This document shows, in pieces, positions 39,999 through 49,039 of a stretch of 64,000 nt of DNA. The stretch is from Candidatus Hopanoidivoransaceae bacterium (GTDB lineage: Bacteria > Actinomycetota > Acidimicrobiia > Acidimicrobiales > Hopanoidiivorantaceae): the NCBI GenBank assembly GCA_965204495.1, contig OZ241989.1:1504312-1568311 (forward strand), written 5' to 3'. A program made the position numbers and the translations under genes. The stretch's first letter is position 1, and every line of letters starts with the position of its first letter. Under the pieces are notes generated by a model, which ran no database searches, was not told where the DNA came from, and saw nothing but the letters and a program-made list of their open reading frames with translations.

Positions 39999-41423
39999 TC
40001 ACAACGCTTCCAAGAATGCCAGCAGATCCTCACGCTCGTCAGAGCTTAGAGAGCGGAACGCTTCCTTTGCCGACTCTGCTTCGCCGCCGTGCCAGAGGAT
40101 GGCTTCTTCTATGGTTCGCGCCCGGCCGTCGTGCAGCAGGAAGCGGTGGCCGTTCACATCGTCTATCAGCCCTAGGCCCCATAGGGGAGGAGTGCGCCAT
40201 TCGGAGCCGGTGGCGGCGAAGTCGGGACGGTTGTCGGCTAAGCCTTCGCCCATGTCGTGGAGGAGAAGGTCGGTGTAGGGGTGGATGGTCTGGTCGGCGA
40301 GGGTGGCGATGTCGGAGGGGCCGGTTTGGAGAGTGGGGGTGTGGCAGGCGGCGCATCCGATTTCGCCGAACAGCTCATAGCCCTTGCGCACGGAAGCGTC
40401 TTCGGGGGTGCGCATGGCGGGAACGGCCAGCGTGCGGTTGTAGAAAGTCACCGAATCCAGTCTGGAATCGCTCAGCTCCGGCTTGCCGCCGTTGGGGGCG
40501 ACAGCGCAGTCGGCTTGCACGGCGGGGCAGTTTTCATCGGGGTGTATGGCGGAGGTGATGCCGATGTCGCCGTGGAATGCGCTTGCTATCTGCTGTTCCA
40601 CTGTGGCAACATTCGCCTTCCAGCCGAAACGGCCGAGCGACATCGTGGCGGCACGGGCATCCCACACATAGTTGGCGCGCCCTGAGATGCCGTCGCCGTC
40701 GGCGTCATCAGGATCGGCCAGAGCCAAGATCGCCTCTTCCGGAACGGCCTCCAGCAGCCCCGCGCCTATTACCTGCGGGGCGAGACGAGGGCTGGTCTGA
40801 ATGTCATCAGAAAGCGAACCGAAAGCCAAGTCCACGATTTCATATATAGGGTCTCGCAGCTCAAACTCTTCTCCGTCGGCGTACTGGCCGGGCACCGCCT
40901 TGTAGCTGACTTTCAGGTCGCCTTCGGCGGGCACGCCCAGCACCGACCTGTCTTGAAGCTGACTGCCATAGTTGGGATCGGGCAGGGGCGCGCCTGTGTC
41001 GGGATGCTGGCCGGGCACCGACAGGCGCAGCAGCAAGCCGAGACGGGCTTCTTCGCCGGTCGGGTCGGGGGGCGCGCCTCGTCCGTCATGGGTGTGGCAG
41101 GAGGAGCAGGCTTGGGCGTTGAAGGTGGGGCCGAGGCCGTCGCGAGCTTCGGTGGAGGCGGGGGCGATGACCCAGTTCTGTGAGAAGAAGCTGTCGCCGA
41201 TTTCAAACTTGCGGCGTTCCTCGTTGGTGAGACCGGGCGAGGCGAGACCGAAGGCGTTGCTCGTGGCGTCTTCACGAGTGGTTTCGCCGCCGAGGTCGGC
41301 TGGGGGCACGGCGAGCGAGGATGTGCTAGAGTCAGAAGTGCAGGCACTGGCCGCTAAGAGAGCAATCGCGGCCAGTGCTGCTACGGCACCCAAGCCTCGA
41401 ACCGAAGCCGCTATTTTCGGCAC
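39999..41423 (-). CDS. di-heme oxidoreductase / putative peroxidase (DUF1111 family)
   Basis: Two CxxCH motifs (CSSCH, CAACH), a signal peptide, and the standard position between imelysin genes. Confidence 0.8.
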   Translation of the reverse strand: MPKIAASVRGLGAVAALAAIALLAASACTSDSSTSSLAVPPADLGGETTREDATSNAFGLASPGLTNEERRKFEIGDSFFSQNWVIAPASTEARDGLGPTFNAQACSSCHTHDGRGAPPDPTGEEARLGLLLRLSVPGQHPDTGAPLPDPNYGSQLQDRSVLGVPAEGDLKVSYKAVPGQYADGEEFELRDPIYEIVDLAFGSLSDDIQTSPRLAPQVIGAGLLEAVPEEAILALADPDDADGDGISGRANYVWDARAATMSLGRFGWKANVATVEQQIASAFHGDIGITSAIHPDENCPAVQADCAVAPNGGKPELSDSRLDSVTFYNRTLAVPAMRTPEDASVRKGYELFGEIGCAACHTPTLQTGPSDIATLADQTIHPYTDLLLHDMGEGLADNRPDFAATGSEWRTPPLWGLGLIDDVNGHRFLLHDGRARTIEEAILWHGGEAESAKEAFRSLSSDEREDLLAFLEAL

Positions 41424-41474
41424 AGGATGGGTGTTGCTGTCGGTCTTGCCAACCCTGCGATCTAGCCAGCCCTG

Positions 41475-42692
41475 CTAGGTGACATTGATCGTCACTCCGA
41501 GGGCTGTGGCAGCAGCGACTATGGTGTCGGTCTGGTCTTCCAAAGACACTATGCCAGCCAGCACAGCCATGCGGCCTGGGTCGCTGTCGGGCACGCCGTC
41601 ACGCAGGTGCTGATCGAACGGGCCGGGGATCTGCGAGACGGTCGTGACCGAGCTGGCCACCTCGGAATTCAGCCGAGTTGCCAAGGCGGAATCTTCCTCG
41701 TCTACTAGATCCAAGATGCTGGTTCCCGTTACGCCGCCGGGGTAGTTGGCGGTGAGCACCATCTGGATGCCGCGAGCGTTGCCCACGATGTCACGGGTGG
41801 TGTTGTCGGAGAAGCAGGAGTGCTCGTCTTCCTGCGACCGCTCGGAATACGCCACATTCATGCGCTCGCCCGCAAGCTCGCCTCGTGACAGCTCGCCGAT
41901 GCCGGTGATGATGTTGTTGAGCGCCTCGCTGTTGCTGCGCTGAAGGAAATCGGCTCGGTAGTTGCTGGCATCGGGCGCCCACTCGTCACTCACTTGCTGA
42001 AGGTGGGTGAGCAGCAGGTCGGACGCCACTCGCAGATACTGAGCGCGGCGGTCGGCGTTGGAGCGGCTGGTGTAGTCGGACACGGGGCGGTTGCCGGGGC
42101 CGGATGCGCTGAGGTCTTGGCCCCAGAGGAGGAACTCAATGGCGTGCCAGCCGGTTGAGACATTTTCCTCGCCGCCTTGCTCGTTGAGCGATGTGAGCAG
42201 GTCGGCGTCAATCGTGGGGAAGGTGGCAGGGTCGTTGATGATGCCGGCATCGGGCGCGCCCTCCACATAATCAATGTATGCCTCGTCCAACGGCCAAGCA
42301 TTTACGAGACCTTCAACCTCTTCGATCGGACCGTCATAGAAGCGGAATGCCTCGGTGGGGCCGTAGTCTTCGCGGGCGGACAGCCAGGTCTGCTTGGCGG
42401 TGTTGAGCGTTTCGCCAGACGGGTCGGCGAGGAAGGCGTCAATGGCGCTGTCCATCACGCGGGCCGTTGCCAGCGAAGCTTCGTAGGATGCCCTGACGCC
42501 TCTGGCATAGGTAGCGATGGCGTCTTCGGTGGAAGCGTCGCTGTCGTCGTCATCGCTGCCGCAAGCTGTGGCGATCAGCCCGAGGGTTGCCGCGATGGCT
42601 ACTACGGGAATCAGCAGGCGGCGGGGGGCAGAGCGGCGGGGGGCAGAGCGGCGACGCGGGCTGCGCTGGTTGTTGCTAGTTAAAAAACTCAC
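41475..42692 (-). CDS. imelysin family protein (IrpA-like)
   Basis: STGWHAIEFLLWGQD (imelysin HxxE region). The Arg-rich signal peptide carries a duplicated RRSAP unit. Confidence 0.75.
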   Translation of the reverse strand: MSFLTSNNQRSPRRRSAPRRSAPRRLLIPVVAIAATLGLIATACGSDDDDSDASTEDAIATYARGVRASYEASLATARVMDSAIDAFLADPSGETLNTAKQTWLSAREDYGPTEAFRFYDGPIEEVEGLVNAWPLDEAYIDYVEGAPDAGIINDPATFPTIDADLLTSLNEQGGEENVSTGWHAIEFLLWGQDLSASGPGNRPVSDYTSRSNADRRAQYLRVASDLLLTHLQQVSDEWAPDASNYRADFLQRSNSEALNNIITGIGELSRGELAGERMNVAYSERSQEDEHSCFSDNTTRDIVGNARGIQMVLTANYPGGVTGTSILDLVDEEDSALATRLNSEVASSVTTVSQIPGPFDQHLRDGVPDSDPGRMAVLAGIVSLEDQTDTIVAAATALGVTINVT

Positions 42693-42894
42693 TGGATTTC
42701 TCCTTTGGGTTTGAGTCGGGTGTGTTTGAGTCGGAGGTTCTTCAGAGGGTGTTCGGTTGTGCTTGTTCTATTCTTTAGAAGTATGTTAGCCATAGTTAAC
42801 TAGTTTTGACAACCTATGTTTACAAGAAATTTTTTCTAGCCCGCCGCGACACGACAAAGGCAGTGCGGCAATAGGCGGGCGGTAGAATTCACAT

Positions 42895-43872
42895 GTGAGT
42901 TTTCCTGCCAGAAGGATGCGCCGTCTGAGGCGAACTGCGGCTTTGCGCCGGCTCGTGGCTGAAACCACTCTGGCCCCTGCCGACCTGATCGCTCCGCTCT
43001 TCGTGCGAGAGGGCATAGATGCCCCCGAGCCGATCCCGTCGTTGCCGGGCGTGGTTCAGCACACGCTCGCCTCGCTGCGCTCGGAAGCGGCCGAGCTTCA
43101 AGCTTGCGGCATCGGCGCGGTCATTCTCTTCGGCGTGCCCGAAGTCAAAGACGCTGTGGGCTCAGGGGCCTTCGCCCCAGACGGCATAGTGCAAGTCGCT
43201 CTAGCGGAACTGCGGGAAGAATTCGGTGACAGCATCGTGCTCATCGCCGACCTCTGCGTGGACGAATACACCGAACACGGCCACTGCGGAGTGCTCACCG
43301 CCGAAGGCGCAGTCGACAACGACGCCACCTTGGAGATATATGCAAAAGCTGCCTGCGCTCAAGCTGGCGCAGGGGCCGACATTGTGGCGCCCAGCGGAAT
43401 GATGGACGGCCAAGTGGCAGCCATCCGCTCTGCGCTAGACGGCGAAGGCCGCCCGGAGACAGCCATCCTCGCGTATGCGGCTAAATACGCCTCCAGTCTC
43501 TACGGGCCGTTCCGTGATGCCGTGGCGGTAGAGCTTGCGCCCGGCCAAGACCGCCGCGCCTACCAGCAAGACTGGCGCAACGCCAGAGAAGCCTTGGAAG
43601 AAGTGCGTCTAGACATTGAAGAAGGCGCAGACATGGTGATGGTGAAGCCGGCGGTGACATATCTGGATGTGATCCAGCGAGTGCGCCAAGAAGTGCAGGT
43701 GCCGCTAGGCGCATATCATGTCTCAGGCGAATACGCCATGATAAAAGCCGCCGGCGCAGCAGGCTGGCTAGACGCCGAAGCCGCAGCCATAGAGCAGCTA
43801 ACAGCAGTAAAACGGGCAGGTGCCGACTTCATCCTCACCTACTTCGCCAAAGAAGCAGCCGAACGGCTCTAA
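42895..43872 (+). CDS. hemB: porphobilinogen synthase (delta-aminolevulinate dehydratase)
   Basis: RMRRLRRTAALRRL N-terminus, DLCVDEYTEHGHCG, MVKPA, YHVSGEYAM. Confidence 0.95.
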   Translation: MSFPARRMRRLRRTAALRRLVAETTLAPADLIAPLFVREGIDAPEPIPSLPGVVQHTLASLRSEAAELQACGIGAVILFGVPEVKDAVGSGAFAPDGIVQVALAELREEFGDSIVLIADLCVDEYTEHGHCGVLTAEGAVDNDATLEIYAKAACAQAGAGADIVAPSGMMDGQVAAIRSALDGEGRPETAILAYAAKYASSLYGPFRDAVAVELAPGQDRRAYQQDWRNAREALEEVRLDIEEGADMVMVKPAVTYLDVIQRVRQEVQVPLGAYHVSGEYAMIKAAGAAGWLDAEAAAIEQLTAVKRAGADFILTYFAKEAAERL

Positions 43873-43975
43873 TGATGTGCTAGCGGGTCGCGGGCATGCG
43901 CATCCAAGGCTTCGGACATGGACGTTTCGGCATCGGCGATTCGTTCAGCTAGTCGGTCTTCGGTCTGTCCGATGA

Positions 43976-44146
43976 CTACTTGATGCCTTGAGTAGCATCA
44001 CGGATGGCGGCCCGTGTCTGCTTGTGTTCGTTTGCGGAGTGTTTGCGGTCTTGTATCGCACGGTGGTCGGCTTTAGTAAGCCGCTTGTCAATGCTGTCGA
44101 GCCGGGTGGCGATGTCGGCTAGCGTAGGTTCTTTGTCGGTTGCCAT
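43976..44146 (-). CDS. small hypothetical coiled-coil ORF (56 aa), possibly a frameshifted remnant
   Basis: MATDKEPTLADIATRLDSIDKRLTKADHRAIQ.... An adjacent frame continues to 43869. Confidence 0.25.
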   Translation of the reverse strand: MATDKEPTLADIATRLDSIDKRLTKADHRAIQDRKHSANEHKQTRAAIRDATQGIK

Positions 44147-44270
44147 TCGACTGCCTTTCTATTGCGGATATCGCTATTCTAGCATGAAAAATCCTAGTCG
44201 CCAACATTATCCGCCAGCCCAGTCCGCATCACCGCCCAAGAACTCGGCAAAAAATATTTCCGAGAATGAC

Positions 44271-44299
44271 TTGACAAACACGATCAAACATGCTATAGT
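44271..44299 (+). promoter_or_regulatory. near-consensus promoter P1 (TTGACA-17 nt-TATAGT), ATG 7 nt downstream
   Basis: cTTGACAaacacgatcaaacatgcTATAGTgatctatATG. It is paralogous to the P2 block at 50019-50068 on the opposite strand. Confidence 0.7.
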
Positions 44300-44306
44300 G
44301 ATCTAT

Positions 44307-44630
44307 ATGAACATGAGAAGACTGCCAAGTTTGCCTGCAGGCGTTGGTCTGATGGCACCCAGTCTCGCCCCTGTCCAGCAAACGGCTACTCCTGGGCATA
44401 ACCTGCGGAGGGGGGCTGATTGCTCATTAGGAGGGCAGTCTAGAAGTTTCCCTTGCGCCGCGTCGCTGCTTGGGTTTCTGGCGCAATCTGTGGGGGTCTT
44501 GTTTAGAGGGAGGGTTTGCAGTTTTGTTGCGGGGTGTGTTTGGCGACAGGGCAGAGAATCTTTGTCGCTTGCGAGGCGAAGTGATGGGGATATGAGTGTT
44601 TGCCTAAGTTGGCATTTGGAGGTGCTGTAA
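44307..44630 (+). CDS. putative leaderless 107-aa Cys/Arg-rich ORF
   Basis: The ATG lies at leaderless distance from P1, and the stop overlaps the next start (TAATG). The first 22 codons align without gaps to the N-terminus of the 49494-50024 ORF (shared P7, L9, P10, P18, L20, P22). The composition is otherwise unconvincing. Confidence 0.4.
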   Translation: MNMRRLPSLPAGVGLMAPSLAPVQQTATPGHNLRRGADCSLGGQSRSFPCAASLLGFLAQSVGVLFRGRVCSFVAGCVWRQGRESLSLARRSDGDMSVCLSWHLEVL

Positions 44631-46204
44631 TGGAACTTTCGGACATTTTCAGCAGTGAAACTCAGGTATCTTTTGTTTTTCCATTTAAGTTAAGTCTGTC
44701 GTGTGTCATTTTTGAAGGCAAGGACGAGGAAGTCCAATTTGACTATGACAGGTGGAAGAGTCGTGTCATTTGCAAACTTATTTGCCACAAAAATTCTTCG
44801 GATGGCTGTTATTTGTTTTCTTGGGATGAAGTTGCCGAAGATCTTTCGGATTCTTCTAGCTGTGAATTTTTGCCCAACTGTTTTCTGAAAGCCAAAATTG
44901 AGGATTCTGCCAAATTAGGATGGCTTAATGATTGTTTAAGAGATTTCAAATTTAATGGACTTGGCTTAGAAGTAAGTTGTGTTGAGATGAAGCTTTGGGA
45001 GTTCGGCTTCGGCTCAATCAAAATAGTCTCGAAGGTCATTTCGGATTTGTTAGATGGCGAACAAAAATCATTGAGTGAGGTACTCGATGATTTTCAAACT
45101 ATGCTTAATGAAAAATTTTTGAAAATTTTGGAACCCAAAATAGATTACGAAATTATTTGGAGATGCAATTTTCAAAGAAAGGATGATCCAAAAGAAATTA
45201 CAAGTTTTGCGGAGATTGCTCTTAAGCATAAAAAGAAAACTTTTCAACAAAAAAACAAGGATTACACAAAGTATAATTTTGATTTGTTGGAGCCTATATC
45301 CACTGTTCAAAGTAAAATAATAGACGAAAACGATGATAATGTAATTAATATGCAATCCTCGGGTTTGCGTAGAATAGAAACTAAAGATGAAATTGAAGGG
45401 AACTCATTTAAGATTTACATTTCAAATAACAGGAAGTTATTAGTTTCAATTTTTCAACAGAATTCAGAAGAATATGACAAAATTAAATTTAATGAAATTA
45501 TAGAAACAGTTATTGTTCACAAAGAATTTGGTGTATATCTAAATAAAATTGGCCAAACTTATGAACCCTTTTTGTCAACTTATTCTGATAAAATAGCGAA
45601 AGAAAGTATACATAATAGTAAATTGTGGCCTGACTGGCACGCATTTGCTTGGAATGTCTTGCAAGAAAAAAAGGGCTTAGATACAATTTTGACTGAGATA
45701 CAGGAAGTATCAAGAATAAGCATAATAATGTTTAACACTCTTGATAGTCAAGCAAATAGCTATCTGTCATATTCAAATTTGAGTACTCTCAAAATTGCAA
45801 ATAAAATTTTTGACCTGAATAGAATACGTGACAGCAACAATGAATTATTTTCACTCGTTAATAGATATTATGCAAAAATTAGCAATCATAATGAAAAGCT
45901 ATCTTTGTTTGCTGAATCAGTAATTGCATTTTATTTTCCTACATCATTGTCATTCATTGCTTTGATTCTAAGTTTCGCGGCAATTGATGGTGCTTTTGGT
46001 GAAACATTGAGTAATGTCATACGTTCCACTTTCCCATGGAATCTCTCTATATTGCCGGTCATTGCAGTAATTGTATTATCTTTGCTGGTATCATGCGTTG
46101 AGCGTGCTGAAAAGAGAGAAATTGAAAATGCTAGGAAGCCAGGAAGTGTCTTGGAGACACATCAGTTATGGATCGAAATGCTTGAAACTGAGAAAACAAT
46201 GTGA
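44630..46204 (+). CDS. hypothetical membrane-anchored protein (524 aa), AT-rich gene
   Basis: GGAGG lies 7 nt before ATG 44630 (MELSDIF). The large soluble N-terminal region is followed by two C-terminal TM helices (SVIAFYFPTSLSFIALILSFAAI, LSILPVIAVIVLSLLVSCV). Sampled lines are ~30% G+C. Confidence 0.7.
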   Translation: MELSDIFSSETQVSFVFPFKLSLSCVIFEGKDEEVQFDYDRWKSRVICKLICHKNSSDGCYLFSWDEVAEDLSDSSSCEFLPNCFLKAKIEDSAKLGWLNDCLRDFKFNGLGLEVSCVEMKLWEFGFGSIKIVSKVISDLLDGEQKSLSEVLDDFQTMLNEKFLKILEPKIDYEIIWRCNFQRKDDPKEITSFAEIALKHKKKTFQQKNKDYTKYNFDLLEPISTVQSKIIDENDDNVINMQSSGLRRIETKDEIEGNSFKIYISNNRKLLVSIFQQNSEEYDKIKFNEIIETVIVHKEFGVYLNKIGQTYEPFLSTYSDKIAKESIHNSKLWPDWHAFAWNVLQEKKGLDTILTEIQEVSRISIIMFNTLDSQANSYLSYSNLSTLKIANKIFDLNRIRDSNNELFSLVNRYYAKISNHNEKLSLFAESVIAFYFPTSLSFIALILSFAAIDGAFGETLSNVIRSTFPWNLSILPVIAVIVLSLLVSCVERAEKREIENARKPGSVLETHQLWIEMLETEKTM

Positions 46205-46314
46205 CAGAAACTTGCATTCTGGAATCGATAAAAATAAACAAAATTATATCAACTTAAACTGCCATTTTAATAAAAATATGTCATCAAAATGGGCATACAA
46301 ATAGCAAAAATCCA

Positions 46315-48234
46315 ATGATTATTAAAACTATAAAATATCTAAACAGCGTCTTAGCTTTAACACTAGTAGTGTTATTATTTGCTGCGGCTTGTTCATCTGG
46401 TGCCTCTGACGGTGCTGATAGCACCCTGCCAGTGGAGTCTGATATGAGCGCGACAACCGCAGACGGAGTTACATCATTTTCAAGAGTCTCGACTCCTACA
46501 ACTGCTGCAGAGAGCAGTGGGGTAGAGGTTTCTGTCGTTGTGCCGTTCACATCAGGTAACGGTTCTGGATATGTGACTGTTTCTGGCGATAGTTCGCCTG
46601 TGGCAGAGTGGTTCGCTAATCAGCCAGGTGAGGTTTCGCTGGATTTGGTTGACGCTGATGTTGCCGATCCTGCCTCTGTGGTTGAGGAGATGATAAGTTT
46701 CTGGTATTTCCAAGATGGCGATAGCGGCGATGTTCCGCCGTCAATCTATGTTTCAGGCGGCGGCGAAATCACCGACAGCCTGGGCACAAGCTATGTCGTA
46801 GAAGGCGAGCTTTTGCCGCCAGCACCGGTCGCGGAAGCTGCAACTACTACGACCAGCACGACTACCACTTCTACTGCACCAGCGACTACTGCTACAACCT
46901 CAACGACTACTTCCGGTGCGTCAACTGAACAATCTGAGCCGCCAAGTACAACAACTTCGACTGAGCCAGCAATAACCACAACAACTACTACTGTTGTGGA
47001 GTCGCCGGTGACATTGCAGGTTCAAGTATTAAATGGCAGCGGTGTGGCTGGAGCAGCCGGTCGGCTTACTGCTAAGCTTGCCGAAGCTGGCTATACCGTT
47101 TTGCCGGCAGGTAACGCACCTGAAAGATACGCCACTTCTGCCGTCTACTATCAGGATGGCTGGCAGGACAGAGCCGAGGAGATACTGGCAGCATCTGAAC
47201 TAGAAGAGATAGATCAGGTTTCTGCTATGCCGCAACAGTTCGTATCGCCAGACGCTGCTGTTGTTGTGCTTATCGGCAGAGACACCGCTCCTGTTGCAGT
47301 TAGGAGCAGCGGGCCTGCGCCGATTACAAGGTATCGGCTAGGACCAGAAGATGTTCCGATTAATGTGCCGAAAGATAGGTTCGATCCAAGAGCTTTTGGC
47401 GCATCGCTTCCTGTGAATGTGCGTGACCGACCGGAAGATGTGGCAAGGTCAAGCAATTTACTCAAAAGAGCCGCTTATTGTTTCGAGGATGAGATTGCGT
47501 ATTTTGAGGACAACTGCTTGGAAAACGATCTGCCAGCAATCTGGGCCGAGATAGAGCAGATATTTGACAGGCTCGGTTTTACTTCTAAGAACGTTTGCGG
47601 CTCTGTAGCTGACGGCAGCTTCACAGACGGCATAGTGCACACAGCAGAATGGAACCCAGCAACCGGAAACTACAGCGGCGACCTGATTTTCACAACAGAC
47701 AGGTTTATAGAAATAAACCGCCAAGCAGGAATAGATGTGCAGCGGATAAACCCGCAAGCGAACCTAGATTTCTATCTCAGAAAAGCCGCGCAATCAGCAC
47801 ACGACAGACTCAGATTCCAAGAAATCATGAAAGAAACAAGTGCCAGTCATCTCATACTATGCGCATCATGGGTAACAGAATCAGGGTCTATGCCATGGGC
47901 AGCCTACTCAGTAGCGAACACATTCGCCGCTCCGGTAAGAGAATTTTTATCACAAGGCACATACCACATCAAAGAAATATCCAGGAACGGAAACCTCGCC
48001 CATGTTATTGTGTGCCATCCGACAATAAGAGAACGCCATATTCTCTTGCACTGGCACCAAACTGGATATCGCGCAATACAGCTAGCATACAGCACTCATA
48101 CTGGCTGCCAAGGAACTTTCGACGGCGAAACATCAATCTCAGAAGACACGAACAGAGCGGAAGACACCATCAGATACACCTTCGGCCAGCAAGTCTTCGC
48201 CGCCGCCGACCTGCAGGGGTTTCCTAGAGCCTGA
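46315..48234 (+). CDS. secreted/lipoprotein with T-rich linker, LytR_C domain and unknown C-terminal domain
   Basis: Signal LALTLVVLLFAAACSSG, then a TTTTSTTTTSTAPATTATTSTTT linker. VTLQVQVLNGSGVAGAAGRLTAKLAEAGYTV matches the LytR_C pattern. The last ~300 aa are unassigned. Confidence 0.7.
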   Translation: MIIKTIKYLNSVLALTLVVLLFAAACSSGASDGADSTLPVESDMSATTADGVTSFSRVSTPTTAAESSGVEVSVVVPFTSGNGSGYVTVSGDSSPVAEWFANQPGEVSLDLVDADVADPASVVEEMISFWYFQDGDSGDVPPSIYVSGGGEITDSLGTSYVVEGELLPPAPVAEAATTTTSTTTTSTAPATTATTSTTTSGASTEQSEPPSTTTSTEPAITTTTTTVVESPVTLQVQVLNGSGVAGAAGRLTAKLAEAGYTVLPAGNAPERYATSAVYYQDGWQDRAEEILAASELEEIDQVSAMPQQFVSPDAAVVVLIGRDTAPVAVRSSGPAPITRYRLGPEDVPINVPKDRFDPRAFGASLPVNVRDRPEDVARSSNLLKRAAYCFEDEIAYFEDNCLENDLPAIWAEIEQIFDRLGFTSKNVCGSVADGSFTDGIVHTAEWNPATGNYSGDLIFTTDRFIEINRQAGIDVQRINPQANLDFYLRKAAQSAHDRLRFQEIMKETSASHLILCASWVTESGSMPWAAYSVANTFAAPVREFLSQGTYHIKEISRNGNLAHVIVCHPTIRERHILLHWHQTGYRAIQLAYSTHTGCQGTFDGETSISEDTNRAEDTIRYTFGQQVFAAADLQGFPRA

Positions 48235-48259
48235 TTTAAGGAAAAAGAAGATTTTACTT

Positions 48260-49039
48260 TTAGCTTGACAAGACACTTATAAATTGGTCAGGGTTAGACC
48301 ATAAAGACACCACAGAAAGATCTTCAACGAGATTAAAGTCTTCAGGTTTCCAAATATCCGTGTTGTCATCAAATAGTGAAATAAACTGCTGCTTAGACTC
48401 TCCGTTGGCTAAGTGGCGAATATCATACCACCCAGCTATTGTATGTTCTACAATCCTTCGAGTAGCTGCAGTGCTTTCGGTTGCTAAAATCTGAATAAGA
48501 GATTTTTGTGATTCTGTATTAACGCTAAAGTCCACATTCCAAAACTTGCCAGATTTCCCCTCAATATTTTTTGACCGGGAAAAATTAATCTTTTTCTCAT
48601 CCATGAAATCAGCAACTTCGTCAGAAATCGAAGAAACAGCTCTTGTTCTGAAAGTGAACCAAAGATCTGAGATTCGTATAGATGCATGAGCAACTTTTGT
48701 AATGGTTTCAGCCAACGAATCTCCTGAGCGACAGCGAGCCAAAAGCATTTCTCGATAGAACTCTACGCCATGAGTGACGCAAGTATCTTGAATTAGGTAA
48801 TTCTGCTTATAGGAACGCCGCTGTGACAAAGAATGCATAGACAGCCAATTTGTTGTTTCGGCGAAATCTGTCACTATCAGCTCATCTCCGTTTTCCGTGG
48901 GCTTACAGAAAATGTCAATGACTTCCCCATCAGGGTAAAGGTAAGGTGTGCGAACACGAAACCGCCCATTTTGTTCAGTGACGGCGAATTGTTGTCCCAA
49001 ATCGGCCAACAGCGTCTCGAAGCGTTTGCTGAGGTTCAT
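48260..49039 (-). CDS. DUF1828/DUF1829-like protein (259 aa)
   Basis: FRVRTPYLYPDGEVIDIFCKPTENGDELIVTDFAETTNWL fits the DUF1828 pattern. The later GKSGKFWNVDFSV segment fits DUF1829. The start ATG overlaps the upstream stop (ATGA). Confidence 0.6.
   Translation of the reverse strand: MNLSKRFETLLADLGQQFAVTEQNGRFRVRTPYLYPDGEVIDIFCKPTENGDELIVTDFAETTNWLSMHSLSQRRSYKQNYLIQDTCVTHGVEFYREMLLARCRSGDSLAETITKVAHASIRISDLWFTFRTRAVSSISDEVADFMDEKKINFSRSKNIEGKSGKFWNVDFSVNTESQKSLIQILATESTAATRRIVEHTIAGWYDIRHLANGESKQQFISLFDDNTDIWKPEDFNLVEDLSVVSLWSNPDQFISVLSS

Noticed and set aside
42791-42810. Possible IdeR/DtxR iron box (TTAGCCATAGTTAACTAG)
   Set aside because: It matches only about half of the 19-bp consensus TTAGGTTAGGCTAACCTAA. 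It is kept only as a generic palindrome observation.
44004-44306. Upstream part of the 208-aa track ORF 44004-44630
   Set aside because: It extends across the P1 promoter and is antisense to the small minus-strand ORF. Only the portion from ATG 44307 has any support (leaderless geometry and a paralogous N-terminus).
44404-44440. GGGGCTGATT string resembling the 5' end of tmRNA, interesting because islands often insert at ssrA
   Set aside because: There is no following TTCGAC acceptor/T-arm pairing partner. There is no tag-peptide reading frame and no 3' T-loop/CCA end before the next gene.
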